Source of the DNA: Candidatus Omnitrophota bacterium
GTDB lineage: Bacteria > Omnitrophota > Gorgyraeia > Zapsychrales > Zapsychraceae
Direction of reading: 5' to 3'
Assembly: GCA_029261065.1 (NCBI GenBank)
Contig: JAJDCB010000011.1
Span: 47,168-111,167, forward strand
Length of the DNA stretch: 64,000 bases
This document shows positions 1-15,000 of this stretch, in pieces (position 1 is the stretch's first letter; every line of letters begins with the position of its first letter). Position numbers and translations under genes: made by a program. The notes under the pieces are model-generated. The model saw nothing but the letters and a program-made list of their open reading frames with translations, was not told the DNA's origin and made no database searches.

Positions 1-3000
1 TTGATGCCAAGGTTTACATTGATCAATAATGCGACTCAATCTTTAAGAGGAGCCACTCGATCCTTTGTGCATGGGAATTACAATCAATCCATCATCCAAT
101 TTACCAAAGCCATCAAACAATCGGATAACAAGTGGGATGAGCCTTATTTGGGACGAGGAAAGGTCTATTTGGAGCTTAAAGAATATAAATTTGCTGAAAT
201 GGATTTTCGAATGGCTTTATCTTTAGGAAGTGATAATCGTGAAGCGAAAATGTATTTAGGGCGTTCATTATACTTTCAAGGACAGTTTCATGCCGCGGAT
301 CAAATATTTTCACACCTAACGGTAGCTCAATTTGATCGTCGAGATTTTTATCTCTGGCAAGCAGCTCTGTTTATTCAATTAGAACAATGGAGACGTGCCC
401 TATTTGTTTTAAATGCCTATATTGATTTTATTCCTTCTCATCCGACGGCCCTGATATATCGTATCTATACACATACAAAACTCGATCAACTAGATTTAGC
501 GCATGAAGACATAAGAAGGCTTTTTGCCATTGGGTATGCTCATGATAAGTTTGATTTTATTAAGGAGGAAATGGTAATTACTAATTCTGCAACATATGAT
601 CAAATAATTAACGCTTGGAGAACAGGAATAGAACAAATTAAAGCTTGGCAAGCAAACCTTGAAGCTTTAAATGAACGTGAAGAGAAAATTATACATCAAG
701 TTTATGATGCACAAATTTCAATCGTCAATCACAATAAGCGACAACGGGTTATTTTAAAATTACCGAAAACAAGTTCTTTCGAATATGTTCAGTCGCTTCA
801 TGAGGGCAATACGGTAGTTAAAATCCATGATAAATCTACCGATCAAGTGTTATTAGTTGGATACTACCAAAGTAACAGTAGCAAAGTCTTGTATATTCAT
901 GATGCCAAAAATATTTATGAGATAGGTCCCGGACAAATCTATGACGCAGTAAATTCTCCCATTCCCTATCATACACAAAACAATATTCCTGTAATAAACT
1001 TAGTGGATCTTCTGAAAGTTGATTCTTACGTTGACTCTTTTTTAAGTGTTGGTGTAAGTTCAAGTCCACTAACCATAGATATCCTAAGATTAGAAAAAAG
1101 ACGAACTAGTTTTACTGACGAAGAACGTGCTTATTTACATTCAGTCATTGAATATGCCTATGACAGTAAGCTGTTTTCTTATTCTAATTTAGCCCGTATA
1201 TCCAGTATTGTCGCCCCAAGGCCAATCCATAGAACAACTGTGGAAAGATTTATAGAGAATCCAAATAATAATTTTAACAAATCAGTTTTATTAACAATAG
1301 CTTACATTGTCGAAGACCTTCTAGACGATAACTTGGCTATAAGTTATCTCATTCAAAAGAATCTGGAAAGAGTAGAAAAAGTAGACGAAGTAGAAAGATT
1401 AAGAAAAGATACGAAGTATGCGCTTGATCAAAACATTTTTGAAATTTCTGAGATGGTAACAATCGTAAAGATGGAACCAACAGCCATCATTAATTTCTCT
1501 ACAGGTTTTCATGTAATGCCCACCCCTGATAACTTAGATGCCCTATGGGTTATTATGCAAGACATTAAACGTAGAGATATTCATGATTACGAGACAGGGG
1601 ATCTTCAAGCGCAATTAAGTCAGTTAATGGAAGATGGCCAAACAACAGAGCTCAGTTTAGCTCGTTTATCACAACACTTTGAAGATTCTTTTACGATGCC
1701 TCAATTGAGACGTTTTATGTACGGTCATGAGCCAGCGGCAAAAACCATTAGAGGTTTAATGTTGGTAGTAGGTCTATACAACGCACGCTCACAAATGGAA
1801 CAAGAAATTAAGACGGTACAAACGCAAGAACTTAAAAGGAGGCTGGAGCTTGTTAATCAAATGATCTTTGTAAGCCAAACGAATGAATCAATTATTCAAT
1901 TAAATGAGGAACAAAAGCAATTCGTTGTTTTAGTGTTAGGTTCGAGGGCTGTACTTGTTATGAATGAAGAAGAACAATTAGAGAAGGAAGAAAGAATACA
2001 AATAATTATAAAAACTAGAAAATACCAAAAATTAGAAAAAGAGCGTTTATTGACACAAGCACGAACAGAGATAAGAAATCAAAGAAGATTAAACAGAGAG
2101 CAGAAGAAAGAAGGAATGAGACGAGCCAAAGTACAGCGTAAAGAAAAGCGTAAGCCCAAAGTAGGAAAACATAAATCAAAAACGATAAAACCAAAAAAAG
2201 AAAGAAAAAATTCAAAAGCCTCAGTTAAAGGCAAACCAAAAACAAAACAAAAATTGCCTATAGCCCTACAGAAGTTGAAAGATGCTGAGAGCTTAATGGA
2301 AGAAGCAAGTACGATACCTTGGAGTTCTTCGCCACTCAAGCAACCACCTGATGCTCAATTGCAAGATATGGATAGAGTTTATATTTTGGTTATGACAATT
2401 TTAGGTATGTTCATATATAACTTTGCAGGACAGCTAAATATTGTTTTTGTAACGATTGCATTAACATTTGCAATAGGTGCCGTTTACCAGCTTAATAAAT
2501 ATAGAAAAATAAAATTAGCCAATATTGAAAGAATTTATTCACTCTCTAAAAATAATTATACATTTAAGAATCTTGTCGATGAAATATTATTTTCTGCTCA
2601 GTTAATTGGTGTTTTGGAAGTTTTTATTAGTGTAACAGGTGCGTTTCGTTTTGTTCTGGAGTTTCTCAAAGTTGGTTTTAATTTTTGGACTGGTATTTTA
2701 ATTCTGCTTACGACTCTTGGGATACCTCTATATGTCATTGCGTTTAAAGCGTTAAAAGATTCTCATGAGGATGACACGATTGATTTTGTAGAAAGATTAG
2801 TTCAAAAAACTAAAATAAAAGAAGAGGAAGTCGTTTCAGAAAATCAGGGTGTAAATAAGAAAGTTATGCCTTTAAAATCTGGAAAGGGATCGCAGGGACC
2901 TCCAGAAGTTAAAGATCGACCTAAGAAAACCTTACCTAGTGCTTCCCTTAATGCTCCTCGCGGACCAAGAAAAGCCAGCCAGAAAAATAGAATAACAACA

Positions 3001-6000
3001 CAAAACAACAAACCTACCCATTCTATTTCGTCATTTTTAGAACGATACAACAACGAAATCCTTCAAGGGCGTCTAAAAATTATAGTGGTACCAAGTAAAT
3101 TAAATAATCTAATCATCGACACGCCATTATATATCCAAGGAGATAATAGGGCTTCTCGTATGTTAATTACGTATATTCAAAAAGTCATTAGTCTAAACAA
3201 AGGTAATAAGAAAAAACAAGAAATAATCTTAACTGTCATCGGCACACGCAATGGCGTAAGACTTACAGGAACAATCAGCCATTCGAGATTACTTAATAAA
3301 AGGGAGTTAATCTCCATTAGGCGATGGCAAAAGGAAATGTTTTTTGATCTATTCGACGCTTTAAAGGGAGAGATCCGTGTCTCGATGCACAACAATCAAA
3401 GTATTTTAGTTTTAAACATTCCTTCTAAATCTTCTTCACCGCTTCAGATAAGTTATATATCAAGAAATATTGGAATAAACAAAAACAGATCCAGTGTCTT
3501 GGTGAGAGACAAAGGATCTGTTCTTATATATTCTAATAGCGCAAAGTTATTTCAGGAAGGTAAAGAAGATGCCCGACATGACGCCAATTTGGCCAACCCA
3601 GAAGATAAACATCGAACGAGTTATTCTGGATTCAAATTGAGCGAGTTTGCGTTCATATCTTTCCTCCAGATACTCAAGCAGATTTTCTCTAGATCGATGT
3701 TCAATTCTATCAAGCATGTTAACCAACGCCTCAGCTCCTTCTTCCGTGAGTTTATCACGAAGGATTTTTGGAATGTTTATCACAATTCCCATACCGTTCC
3801 CCTTTCTTTAAACAGATTATTACGAATGGATCTTATCGGGGAAACAACGTATTGGGGGATCCGGTATGTTTCAAATATAACATTGATCAATATATCCGTC
3901 AAGATTTTTGCCTCAAGCCCTGCCCGAAGAATAAAGGCTGAAGGAGGAATTTTTGGAGTTCTTAATAGGGTTAGTCGGATTCGAGAATTTTTTGAGAATA
4001 GAACGGTAAGGCGTGATCCGCATGACAAAATTGTTTTAATGACAGAATACATAGAAGCAGCGTTTGAGAAGTTTAAATCAACGGAAAGTTGGGCGCGGTC
4101 AAATCATGTTATAGCCTTGGCGGTGGAGTTAGAGAAGATTGAAGTTTTTATGCATTCTTTTGTTTCGCGGAATAAGAGATATGTTCAGCAACTGGACTAC
4201 GTTGTATTACTTAATATTGTTGGTATTACGCAACAGTGGTTACAGATGATAGAAGGTCCTTCTGATACAGATGAGACAAATATGATTCATCATGAAAAGA
4301 AAAAAGAGCGAATTCAAGAAGCTCTAGAAACAAGAAAACGAGTTGAGGATTCATTAAAACGTTCAAACAAACCTAATCGAAGGCATAGCTCATCATCGGC
4401 ATTAATAACAAGGGAACTTAGCCTTAGTAAAGCATTGATTAAGAAGGTCAGAAGGACAGGCGAACTTGTAGTATCTGTCTGGGGATCGGCAAGAGTAAAG
4501 ACGCCGAGTTTAACTCAGCCATTAAAAGATGCTGAAGACTTTGCGAGTCAGATCGGAGAAAAGATAGAAATTAAAACAACAGTAGTGACAGGTGGAGGCC
4601 CTGCGATTATGGAAGCGGGAAATAAGGGGCAGAGATTGGCCGATCCTAAGTTCAAAGGTCATTCTATTGGGTTATCTATTGCGTTACCTTTTGAGCAGTA
4701 TTCAAATACATTTTTAGATAAGAACATAACTTTTAAATATTTCTTCACCAGGATTTTGACCTTTTTGCAGTTAAGTCATGTCTTTACAGCTTTTAAGGGA
4801 GGAGCGGGGACCCTGCATGAAGTGTTTGAAATTTTGGTCTTAAAAGATAAAGGAGATACGGATGCCGAGGTTATCTTAGTGGACAAATCATTTTTTGGAT
4901 TGATTCAGGTCATATTAGAGAAGATGAAGGACCTTGGTTATGTCCGTCATATTTCTGATGAGCTTATTTATATTGTTGATTCGGCGAACGATGCTTCAGA
5001 GTATTTAAGAAAACAACGTAATAAATTATTGGCCCAAATTGAACTAAGAAGAAAGCAAAAAGTTGATTTTAAGATAACGGATATTATTAAAGACTTTAGA
5101 CAAGCAAAGAAGGATTTTGCTCATGTTAAAAAATCGGTAGCGATTGTTGGATCAAGTTACATGACAAAAGAAAATCATCTATACACTTATTTACGATTGT
5201 TAGGATTAACACAAGGGTTATTTAAGGAAGGTTATACCCTTCTTACAAGAGGCGGTTTAATTACGCAATCAGCTCATGAGGTCCTTGAGAAGCAGGGTTT
5301 AAGTGAAGAAAGATTAATCCGTGTCGGATTAAACGGAGGAGATAAGTTAAGAGATGAATTTATCGATGGTATATCGCCCAAAAAATTCAAAGATATTAGA
5401 TTCTCTCAACGTTTTAGCCGTGATGCGGCGATGGAACTGGCGGCTAAAGAAGGCATCATCTTCTTCCCAGGCGGTGTTGGCACGATGTTAATCTTTAGTC
5501 GAATGTTAAGTTTACTGCAGACAGAAAAGTTAGATAAAGACAAACAACACAAACGACCATTAATCCTCGTTGATTCAGAGTTCTGGAAACCGGTTGATCA
5601 ATGGGTTCAACAGGCGATTGATCAAGGGCTTATCAGCAAGGTGGTCAGAAGTTATTACACCATCATTGATCTTGATGAGAATGTAACAGAGAAAGTTACC
5701 GGTATTCTTCGTTCAAATCAGATTGCTTCAAGTCCTATAATTAATGAAAATGACAAATCTGATGGTGAAGATTCTAATATTCACTCTTCATCGCCAATAA
5801 CAGATTTTACTTTGGATGAGAACATCGGTTTACACCTCCAAAGTGAAATTCAGTTGAGTTCACCTATGAAGAAACTTAAGAAATTGGCCAAAGAGAAGCA
5901 TCTAAGTCTTGAATTTTTTATGCGTATCGAGAAATTAGCACCCACGCACAGAGAAGATTTAAAAGCTTTATTAATTGATACCATTTTTCCAAATGTTATT

Positions 6001-9000
6001 GATAACCTATCATTACTGCAACAGCATTTTTATGATAAGGGGATGCGTTTGAGAGCGTTAAAAACATTCATTAGGAGTCTTAAAAAGGTTCAAAAAATTC
6101 TAAGTCAATATTATCGAAAGAATTCAAGAAACAAAGTTTTTCAGAACATTTATAAATTTGTGGATGGAGATGTTTTTCATAATCTTTTTCAAGCTCTTAT
6201 TAAATATTTTAGTAAGAAAAGTAATGAGTTTTTAGAGCAGGAAGATGTTCAAGAAAATATTAAGGAGCTTCATAAGTATATTCTAGACGTCATCCATATC
6301 ATTAGTACTTTAGATTGGTTGCATGATGCACCTCAAGAAGGACTTATAAAAGATGTTCATTTAGGAGTAAACATAGATTGGGCAAAGATGATAATTGGTT
6401 TTGATCCTTATTACGTAGAGAGTCTAATGGAATCATTAAATGAAAGAAGTATTTTAGATGAATTTAATCATTCTCATGGAAAAATATCAAATCTTAAAAA
6501 TTTATATTTTGAGAGTATTACTTTTGTTTTTATGGAAGTTTTATTAAATGCGATTTTTTATGGCAGCGATAACATAATTATTAAAACACGTTTGGAACGA
6601 AATAGGAAATATGTGGTTATTGAAATAGAAAATAAAGGTCGTTTAGGTGTTGATGAAGATAAATTATTCAATTTTTATCGTAGCTTTGCTGGTAAGAAAC
6701 TTGATATCGCGGTAACGGGTGATGGTTTTGGTTTAGCTTTGTCACGTCTCTTTGTGGAGTTACATGGGGGGACAATTAGAATTGAAGATTATAGAAGTTC
6801 ATCAGAAGAAAATTGGGTGCGCACAACAATAAGGTTGCCGAATGTTTCTAGTTTAGATGCTAATAGAAGAAAACAAAAGTTATTTAGAGAAAAGAGATCT
6901 TCAATGTCCCCAATGATAGAGCTAATAGACAAAGAAAAATTTAACTGGGATCATTTGAATCCTTTGTCTCAAGCTCCGCCGAAAGCTAATGCGTCATTTA
7001 AAAAGACCGCCACCTCCAGTCCACTTCAAACCCTCACAATTAATACAATTGACGTTAGTTTAAACCCAGTCCTTGACCCAACAGTATTGTCCTGGATGTT
7101 AGTGTTAGTACCTTTAGCTATTTTAGTTTTCCTTTTCCATTTTGCAGCCCATTATGTATCAAATGATCATCGACTTACCCAACTTAGAGAATGGTTTGCT
7201 GCTCAAACACGGGATCAGTTGTTACAAAAAGTTTATAATTCCGAAATGGGATTTTTTACAAGTCCATATTATCAAATAGCGAAAGCTGAGCGAAAGATTG
7301 CAAAGAGAATTGTTGCCCTCATAAAAAATCCAGAAGACTTAATGCAAGAGCCAAAGGTATTTAGCGATGTTGCCATTAAGACGCAATTGATAACGAGATT
7401 AAGACTCCTTTCCTTACCGATTGATTTTGTTATGGCTGTCTTGTCGGAGGTTAGTCAAAAAGATAAAAATTTAATGGTTCAAGAAAAGGCAAAAGAAGTA
7501 TTAAGCCGCCTAAGAGCTATCGGTGAGCAGTGGAGCAAGTTTACTCAAGCCATCTCTATAAGAGACAAAGATAATGATAATGAAGGGGCGTTAAAATTAT
7601 TTGAAGAAATTGAAGAAATGTTGCCAGATTGGGAGGCTGTTCATTTTGAAAAAGGAGTTACCTTTGAGGAGATGCATCGGTATGAACAAGCAGAACAGTC
7701 TTTTCAAGAAGCGGCAACATTAAGTAATAGTTCAAGAGCTTATACGAGATTGGGTCAGTTGCGTAATGATCGAAGAGATTATGAGGGCGCACAAACAGCC
7801 TATCGACAAAGTATTACAGCGTATAGAGGAGATTCGCAAACGTTACACTATTATCTCGGAGATGTTCAGGCGGAGTTAGAAAATTATGACGAAGCGATTC
7901 AAAATCTCAACGTAACAATCAAAGCCAAATCTCGGAGAAGCGATGAGATCAAGATGCGAAGGGATGCTCACCTAAGACTTGGTGAGATTTATGTTTATAA
8001 AGGAAATAGAGATAAGGCCTTACATAATATAGAAACGGCCCTTCATACAACAAAATTACAGGTAGCCATTGATTTATTGCCGTCTCTAAAGAAGTATATT
8101 TTTAATCGACCTGAAGGGCAGGAATTTTTTGAAATGTTGCAAGATTCAAAAATGTTTTCAGAAGAAAAAGAATCGATTCTAAAAATTATTGATCGGATAC
8201 AAAGCAACACAACAATTCAAAAACAATATCCAGAGCTTATGGTTAAGTTGGATGTTGAATTTAGGAGATGGGGCATGATGCCCAACATCAGTGAAGCGAC
8301 TAAGAAATCACTAAGGCTTAATGCAGAGTCTGTTGGAGCAAGAGTTGATCGTTTTGACTTTACTGTAGAGATGCTAAATATTTATACTTCTAAAGATTAC
8401 CAGATTTCAGATCGTTATTTTGTTGTAGAGACAAAATTAGTTCATTTGTATTTTATTCAAAGACAGACAGCGCGATCGTCACAAGAGTTATTATTTTTTG
8501 TCCAACGGGTATCTGATAAATCAATTCAATTAATTATCCCAGAGGATAATACAGTTATCACTTTACACGGTGATCAGCTTTATTGGCAAGGTTTACCTAT
8601 TAATACAATAACGCCACCCACTATATATCTGGCGGATCTCCAGCATTTAAGCCCGAGTGTGAAGAAATTTATTTTAGTTTCCAGCCCGATGCCCCCCCCA
8701 TCAGAATCAAGGCAAGAAGGAATTCCGAATTTTCAGGTTACTCGTGTATTTGTACTTATTCATGCTCTTTTATTTATCGTTTCACTATTGGTTAATTTAT
8801 CTTATAACGGTTTATTTATAGTATTAAGCGTTCTTGGAGGATTAATCGTTGATCGAAGTTATGGCGGACGAACGATAGAGCAAGTCTTTAGTGGGACAAT
8901 GATCTATGATCGACGGCTATATCAGTATATCCGTCACCCCATTTATCTTGGGTATAGTAATATATTTATAAGTTTATACTTGGCCACAGATTTATTTGCG

Positions 9001-12000
9001 ATAGAAATGTTTTCTTTAGTGTTATTGGTAGTGTTTTTACTAGGAATTATAGACGAAGATATCGCATTGAAAAATAAATTTAGTGCAATGGCAGAAACAA
9101 CCGATAATCCACAGGGGATTGCGGAAGTTGCCGCATACTTTGAATACAAAAATAAAACGCCTATTATTCTACCTAAAATTAGAAATATTAAATCTATGGT
9201 GATTGATATTATTTATGGAGAAGGATCATCGCCATTCAAAGGAATAAAAACCATCTATAAAGTCTGGAATATTCTTCATTTAACGTCGTTGTTGCTATTT
9301 AAATTATCCTTAAAAGGGATTTGGAAATTTATACGGGCTGCTTATTATTCGCCATTTAGATTCATTAGTTTTGTTGCAACGTTGGATAAACGAAGTTACA
9401 CACTTTTAAAATACATTGATCGTGACGGAGATGTGAACCTAAATCAGGTTTTAATTGATCTAGATAAAAATTTAATTTTTGGAATATACGAAGTAGTTGA
9501 CCTAAATATGTTTGAAGGCGTAATGAAAGTGCTTGGAGTTGATTCGAAACATATAAGAATTAAATCCAATGGGGCTCCATGGATGTTGCATCTTTTTGAT
9601 ACGTATCAAATGATGGGTTGGGGTGGCTATAAAAACGGAGTTCGAATTGAAAACTTAGATATGACACAATTTAGCTTTGTTTTTCATACACTATTTATGC
9701 CTAATGCACCGTACAAGTATATTTTGAACAAAAGAAGTCAACAGAAGATAATACAAAAAAGAAATCACACGCATTTAGATTCGAGACGAAAGGTAGTTGT
9801 TGTTGGGTCCGTAAATAGAGAGAATGTTGATTTTCTTGTCGATATTTATAATCAATTTGAACCCACTCAAAGGCCGTTATTGATTTTTGCGATGAGGAAC
9901 GATAATCAAATGACGAAAGAAAATCTTTCCTTTAGAGATGATATAAGCGTTGCCACACGTAGATCCGTTGATCCCTATTTAACAGCACAAAACATACCAT
10001 TTAAAGACTTAGATGTTGTTATTTTAACGACCCAAGGTGAATTGAAAGATTTATATGCAATCGCAGATGTAAGTATTATAGGACCAGATCAAAATATGAA
10101 TGAGTCTATGACAAATGAAGTCTTTACATTCCATTTTGGTAACAAAAATGAGTGGATCAATAACGCGTTAATTTTAAAAATAGCCAAAAAGTTTAATGCC
10201 GTCAAACAAATCCGTGTACCAACATTTTTTATAGACTTACAAGACGCGTTAAATAATCCAACTCAAAAGCAAGGAGCTCTTCGTAAATCTAATGAATACT
10301 TCGATAACATTATCATACCAACAGAACAGTTGCTTGCCAGATTATATATTGCCAACGCCCTATTAGGAGACGTCAAGACTGGCTCAAGTCCTCTTTACCT
10401 AATAGAAAGTGACAGGCACCAATTAAGCTCGCCCATGAGCGGGAATCGAAATAAAAGGGTGCCTGTCACGGATTATTTTTTTATTAGAAATTATTGGAAA
10501 TTTCGTCGTAAGGCACAAGTGAATGACGTGCATGTTGAAGATAGCATTGATGCAGAATTTACGACAGATAAAGAAGGAGAGGTTAAAGAAGACCCTTCAT
10601 CAGCTCTTAAAGAGCAAGGAGAAGGATATGGTTATAAACAAATTGTATTAAATATGACATCAATTTCAAGCCCATTAAATCCATCAGATATAAAGAAAGA
10701 GGGTATTGAAAGGGTTGTTCAACAATTAAACCAAAATGGTTTTAGCCAAAGACAATCTGAAATTATCGCGGATGAACTTGTCAGTAGCCTTAAGTGGCTT
10801 AAACGATGGTTTGCTAATTTTGAGGAGCTTAGTAAAAAACAACAAAATAAAATTTTAAAAGACGCCCTTTGGTATAGCAAAAATTTAAAATCTTATAAGA
10901 CGTATAAACATATTAGAAAAATTAAATTTTCTAGTCATTTGCTTAGCTTTATTATTATGTTAGTTGCGTTAAGAGGGATAGTTTTTGACGAAGACTTCTT
11001 GGTTTTAAATTGGATGACGTTAGTCCTTAGTATCGTATCAATTTTATTAACTATCGGGTATGAGATTTGGGATGTTATAACGGATCAAGGGTATTATTTA
11101 GAGAAAACAAACTCGGTAAAAATCAGAATTAAAGCTACGGATAATGAATCAAAATTAAGAGAGCGTGTCGCTCATGAGTTAGCGCATGATTTTCTTAAGA
11201 AAGAAATCGTTGTTGAAGCCTTTGCTCGTTTACGTCTTCTAGCAGGAGGACATCAACATATGAATCCTGATGTTGTCAAAGTCGTCGAGGAGTTTCCTGG
11301 TGATCTCAAAAAGGTTCAAGAAGTTCTTAAAGCCAGAGCCAAAAAACCAACAGGCATTTACTCTTATATTATTCTTAAATTCATCTATCCTTCCATATGG
11401 GAATATGATTACGCTCATCAACTTGCACAAGTCATCTATCATCTCTCCCAATACAACGATAAACGAGCCTTCCAGACGGTATTTCTATTAAATAAAAAGT
11501 ATTCTCTAGAAAAAGCATTAAAAATGAGTGCTGAGTCGAGTTCTGCAATGAGTGTGAAAGCCAATGATAAGAAGGTAAGAAAAATAACAAGTGACAGGCA
11601 CCAATTAAGCTCGCCCATGAGCGGGAATCGAAATAAAAGGGTGCCTGTCACGGATTATTTAGTTAATAGTTTACAGTTTAATTCATTAATAAGCTTAGAC
11701 GGCTTTAGAAGCAATTTAGAGTTAACCTCCAGCGAGAGAATAGGTTCTCGAGAATTGACCCTATTTATTCCTGTTTTTGCCAATTTAGCAATGAGACGAT
11801 CAGAGGAAGCTGGACGAGCGAGGCGGACATCAAAGCCTTTTTCACGGAGTTTGAGTGATATTTCTCTCGGTATATTTTCATCACAAATAATACGCATTAT
11901 TCAATTTTTTAATAGTTTACCTAAACGCTACGGATTCGCCGCGTTTCATAAGGTCACTGGCAAAGGAAAGGGCCGCTTTAATGTGCTGTTTGGTCAATTG

Positions 12001-15000
12001 AGGATAGTAACGGGTAAAAATCTCCGATGGGCTAACACCCGCTTGGAGAAGTTCAAGTACCAGGTAAACCATTATGCGAGTACCTTTAAAGCAGGGTTTA
12101 CCGTGGCAGATTTTTGGATTGATAGTTATATAATTTTTATAATTATTCATAAAAAGAAGTTCCAGCGCTTGATTAATATATTTAAAAGTAACATAGATAA
12201 TTCTTTAGGTCAAGTTGCGGTTGCGGAAAGTCGTGGACTTGGCTTTAGGCGTTCTTTAGTAAGCGTGAGCGAAGACATCATTATCCCGCAAGCAAGCTCA
12301 TCTCCGCTTAGCAGTAAGAAAGATCTATATAAATATAAATTTAATCAGATTAACTGGAAATCGGAGCGTCGTCGCGTGAAAGAGGCCCTTCGCCAGGTTA
12401 AAAACGGCAGACGCTTTAGCAATCGCATTACAGCATATGTGGATGGAGAACAAATATGGGGTAGGTCGGGACATAATGATATTTATGACTGGATGCCAGA
12501 TTATAAACGTGTCGCCATGTTCCGACCTGACCCTAGTTCTTTGATAGCTAGCACTCAAGAAAAGTCAGAAAATTTATCTCAAGAAATTATGATAATAAAA
12601 AGTGACAGGCACCAATTAAGCTCGTCAATGAGCGGGGATCGGCCTGCCGCGGATTATTTCCAAGCCTTCATCGTCGAACACACACAAGCCGCTACAGACA
12701 GGATTGAGTTTGCGCGTCAGCAGTTCTTAAAAATACAACAGATGACAAATCAGCAATTATTTGATGGCGCTATAAAAATTATTCGTCGAGGGATGGTGAA
12801 ATATGATCAAGACTTGGAAGATGTTATAAGAGCTTATTCTGAAAGAACAAAGGGGATAGGTTTAAATTTGGCTCGAGAAGCTTTGGTTAATGATGCGGCG
12901 GCGTTTATGGATGCTGTAATGAGTTATCAAATTTTGATAAGTGATCAACAACAAGAGGCCACTCTTGATCGTATCTTTGTGCGCGCCCAATCAGATGGGT
13001 TCTTAGATCTTCACATAGATAACCGTTTGACTTTGTACATGGACCATAATTTAAGGGAAGAAATTCTTAGTAATTTCTCTAAAGGGGTAGAGGAAGCAAA
13101 AATAAGGTTAACTCTTAATAAGCTTTTTAATATTTATATTGTTCGATTACTCCAATTGGTTTCTCTAAGAATTTGGGATGATCCGATTAATAATTTAATG
13201 GCATTACAAACATTAGTTGATGATTTAAATCATTTTACCAGTCAGGGGCAGAAACGACAGGATACGTTATTCGTCACACAGGCCACAACGCTTTTAGCTT
13301 TAGCTGTTTCAGCTACTGTTAATGCTAATGATGAAGAGCAATATTATCGTAAATTTGCGGATTTTATTAATAAGACATATCTTCTTAATGAGAATCAGCA
13401 GTTAGAACTTATGCTTGCCCTTGTTAAATTTAACGCTCAACACTTAGCGAGCTTGATTCGCTTTAAATCACGTGTAGCCGATATGTTTAGAAAAGAAAAT
13501 CGAATGGATTTCTATCTTGCTGTGCACGGAGTGATTGTTTTATTACAACACTATAAAAATTTAAAACAACAACATCAAACCGTAACCGTTGAAAAGATCA
13601 CAGAAGCCGTTCAAATGATATTTGAGACGGACAAGGAACCCTTTTTAGGATTAAGAGAGCCGGAAACATTAAGTGCTTTATTCACGCAGATTTTGGTGAA
13701 AAATAACCATATTGTCACAGACTACTACTTTTATTTAATTCACGACAATGCGAATGCATTGTTAAAGGACATGCAAGATTTTAATGTAGAAGGTAAAAAA
13801 TATGCACCGCTGTACAACGAAGTCTTGTCTCCCGACATTTTATTTGAGGCCATGATTCGCAACAAATTTCTAAAAAAGGATGAAAGCCTAAGAACCCATA
13901 ATTTCATTTTTGAGTCACTATTAGAATCCACACAAGATCCATTAAAAGCACAAGCTTTTCACAATATATTCAGCATTGAGACATGGGGGCTGGGTGTTTT
14001 TGGTAGAGAGCTTATTGATTTAGATAGGACATATGAGGTGTTAAGGACGTTTGGTTCAATTTCCAGCTCGCCTATAAATTATAACCCACCAGAGGCCATT
14101 ATAGTATCCCATAACCAAGGATTCCGTTTTGACAAAAGTTACGCGCGTATTATTATTGATGGATATCGTAAACTATCTAAGAAATCGGGTGTACTTTTAA
14201 AGAAGTCTTTGCGGAGTAGTGAAACAATGGATGTGTACGAAGGTATTTATCCTGTTGATTATTGGTCATTTAGATTTGATGACGTCTCGATAATTAGCAA
14301 TTACAGGCCGTTTCGTGCTTATCGTATTGAGCAAGAAGAGCGTGTGAGTACGACTTTTATGGCTTCACAAGAAGTTGTTTTAGCTACATTTGGTTGTTCG
14401 TCCTGTGCTCCTGTTTCATATTTTGGTGTTATACCAGAGGCCGGTGAACAAATAATCATGCAAGGACATATTATGGCTGGAATAACTGACCGCATTGGAG
14501 TTAATCAATTTCTTAGGATTAAAGAGGATGTTGATTTTTTAAGGGGGTTAGGTGTTCGTCATATTGAGGTGATTGCTTCGATTGATTATAGAGCTGCTTA
14601 TTGGCGAGAGAATCTTCAACAGTCTATTTGGACTCCAGATTTTTTTACCTTTCCTTCTGATCCAGAAGAAATTATTGGGGAACTAGGAGACGATGTAAAA
14701 GTAACAATCTTGACAACACCAAATAGGAGATTCATTAGAAGAGATATGTATGCAACAAAGTATGGTGTGGCTATTGTTCCTGCAATTGACCCGGAGGCTT
14801 TTCATGTGTTTGATTGGCAGGGGTCGTTGGAAGGGCAATCTTCTCCGACAAAGGCGTCTAGCCCAATGAGGATTAATCCTTTTGATACGCAAACGGAAAT
14901 TAATTTGTTTGAGTTAGCTCCAGATACACAATTTGAAATCGAGATATCTGATCTTAGATTAAGTAGCAATGGTGTCAATCTTGGATACCAATTGGGTCGA

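Noticed and set aside
1-6. TTG/ATG at bases 1-6 as the true start of the giant gene
   Set aside because: No upstream sequence is available to see an SD or a preceding stop; it cannot be distinguished from an internal Leu-Met.
3780-4052. 90 aa minus-strand ORF upstream of the DUF1640-like gene
   Set aside because: It spans that gene's promoter and 5' leader and has no recognisable motifs.
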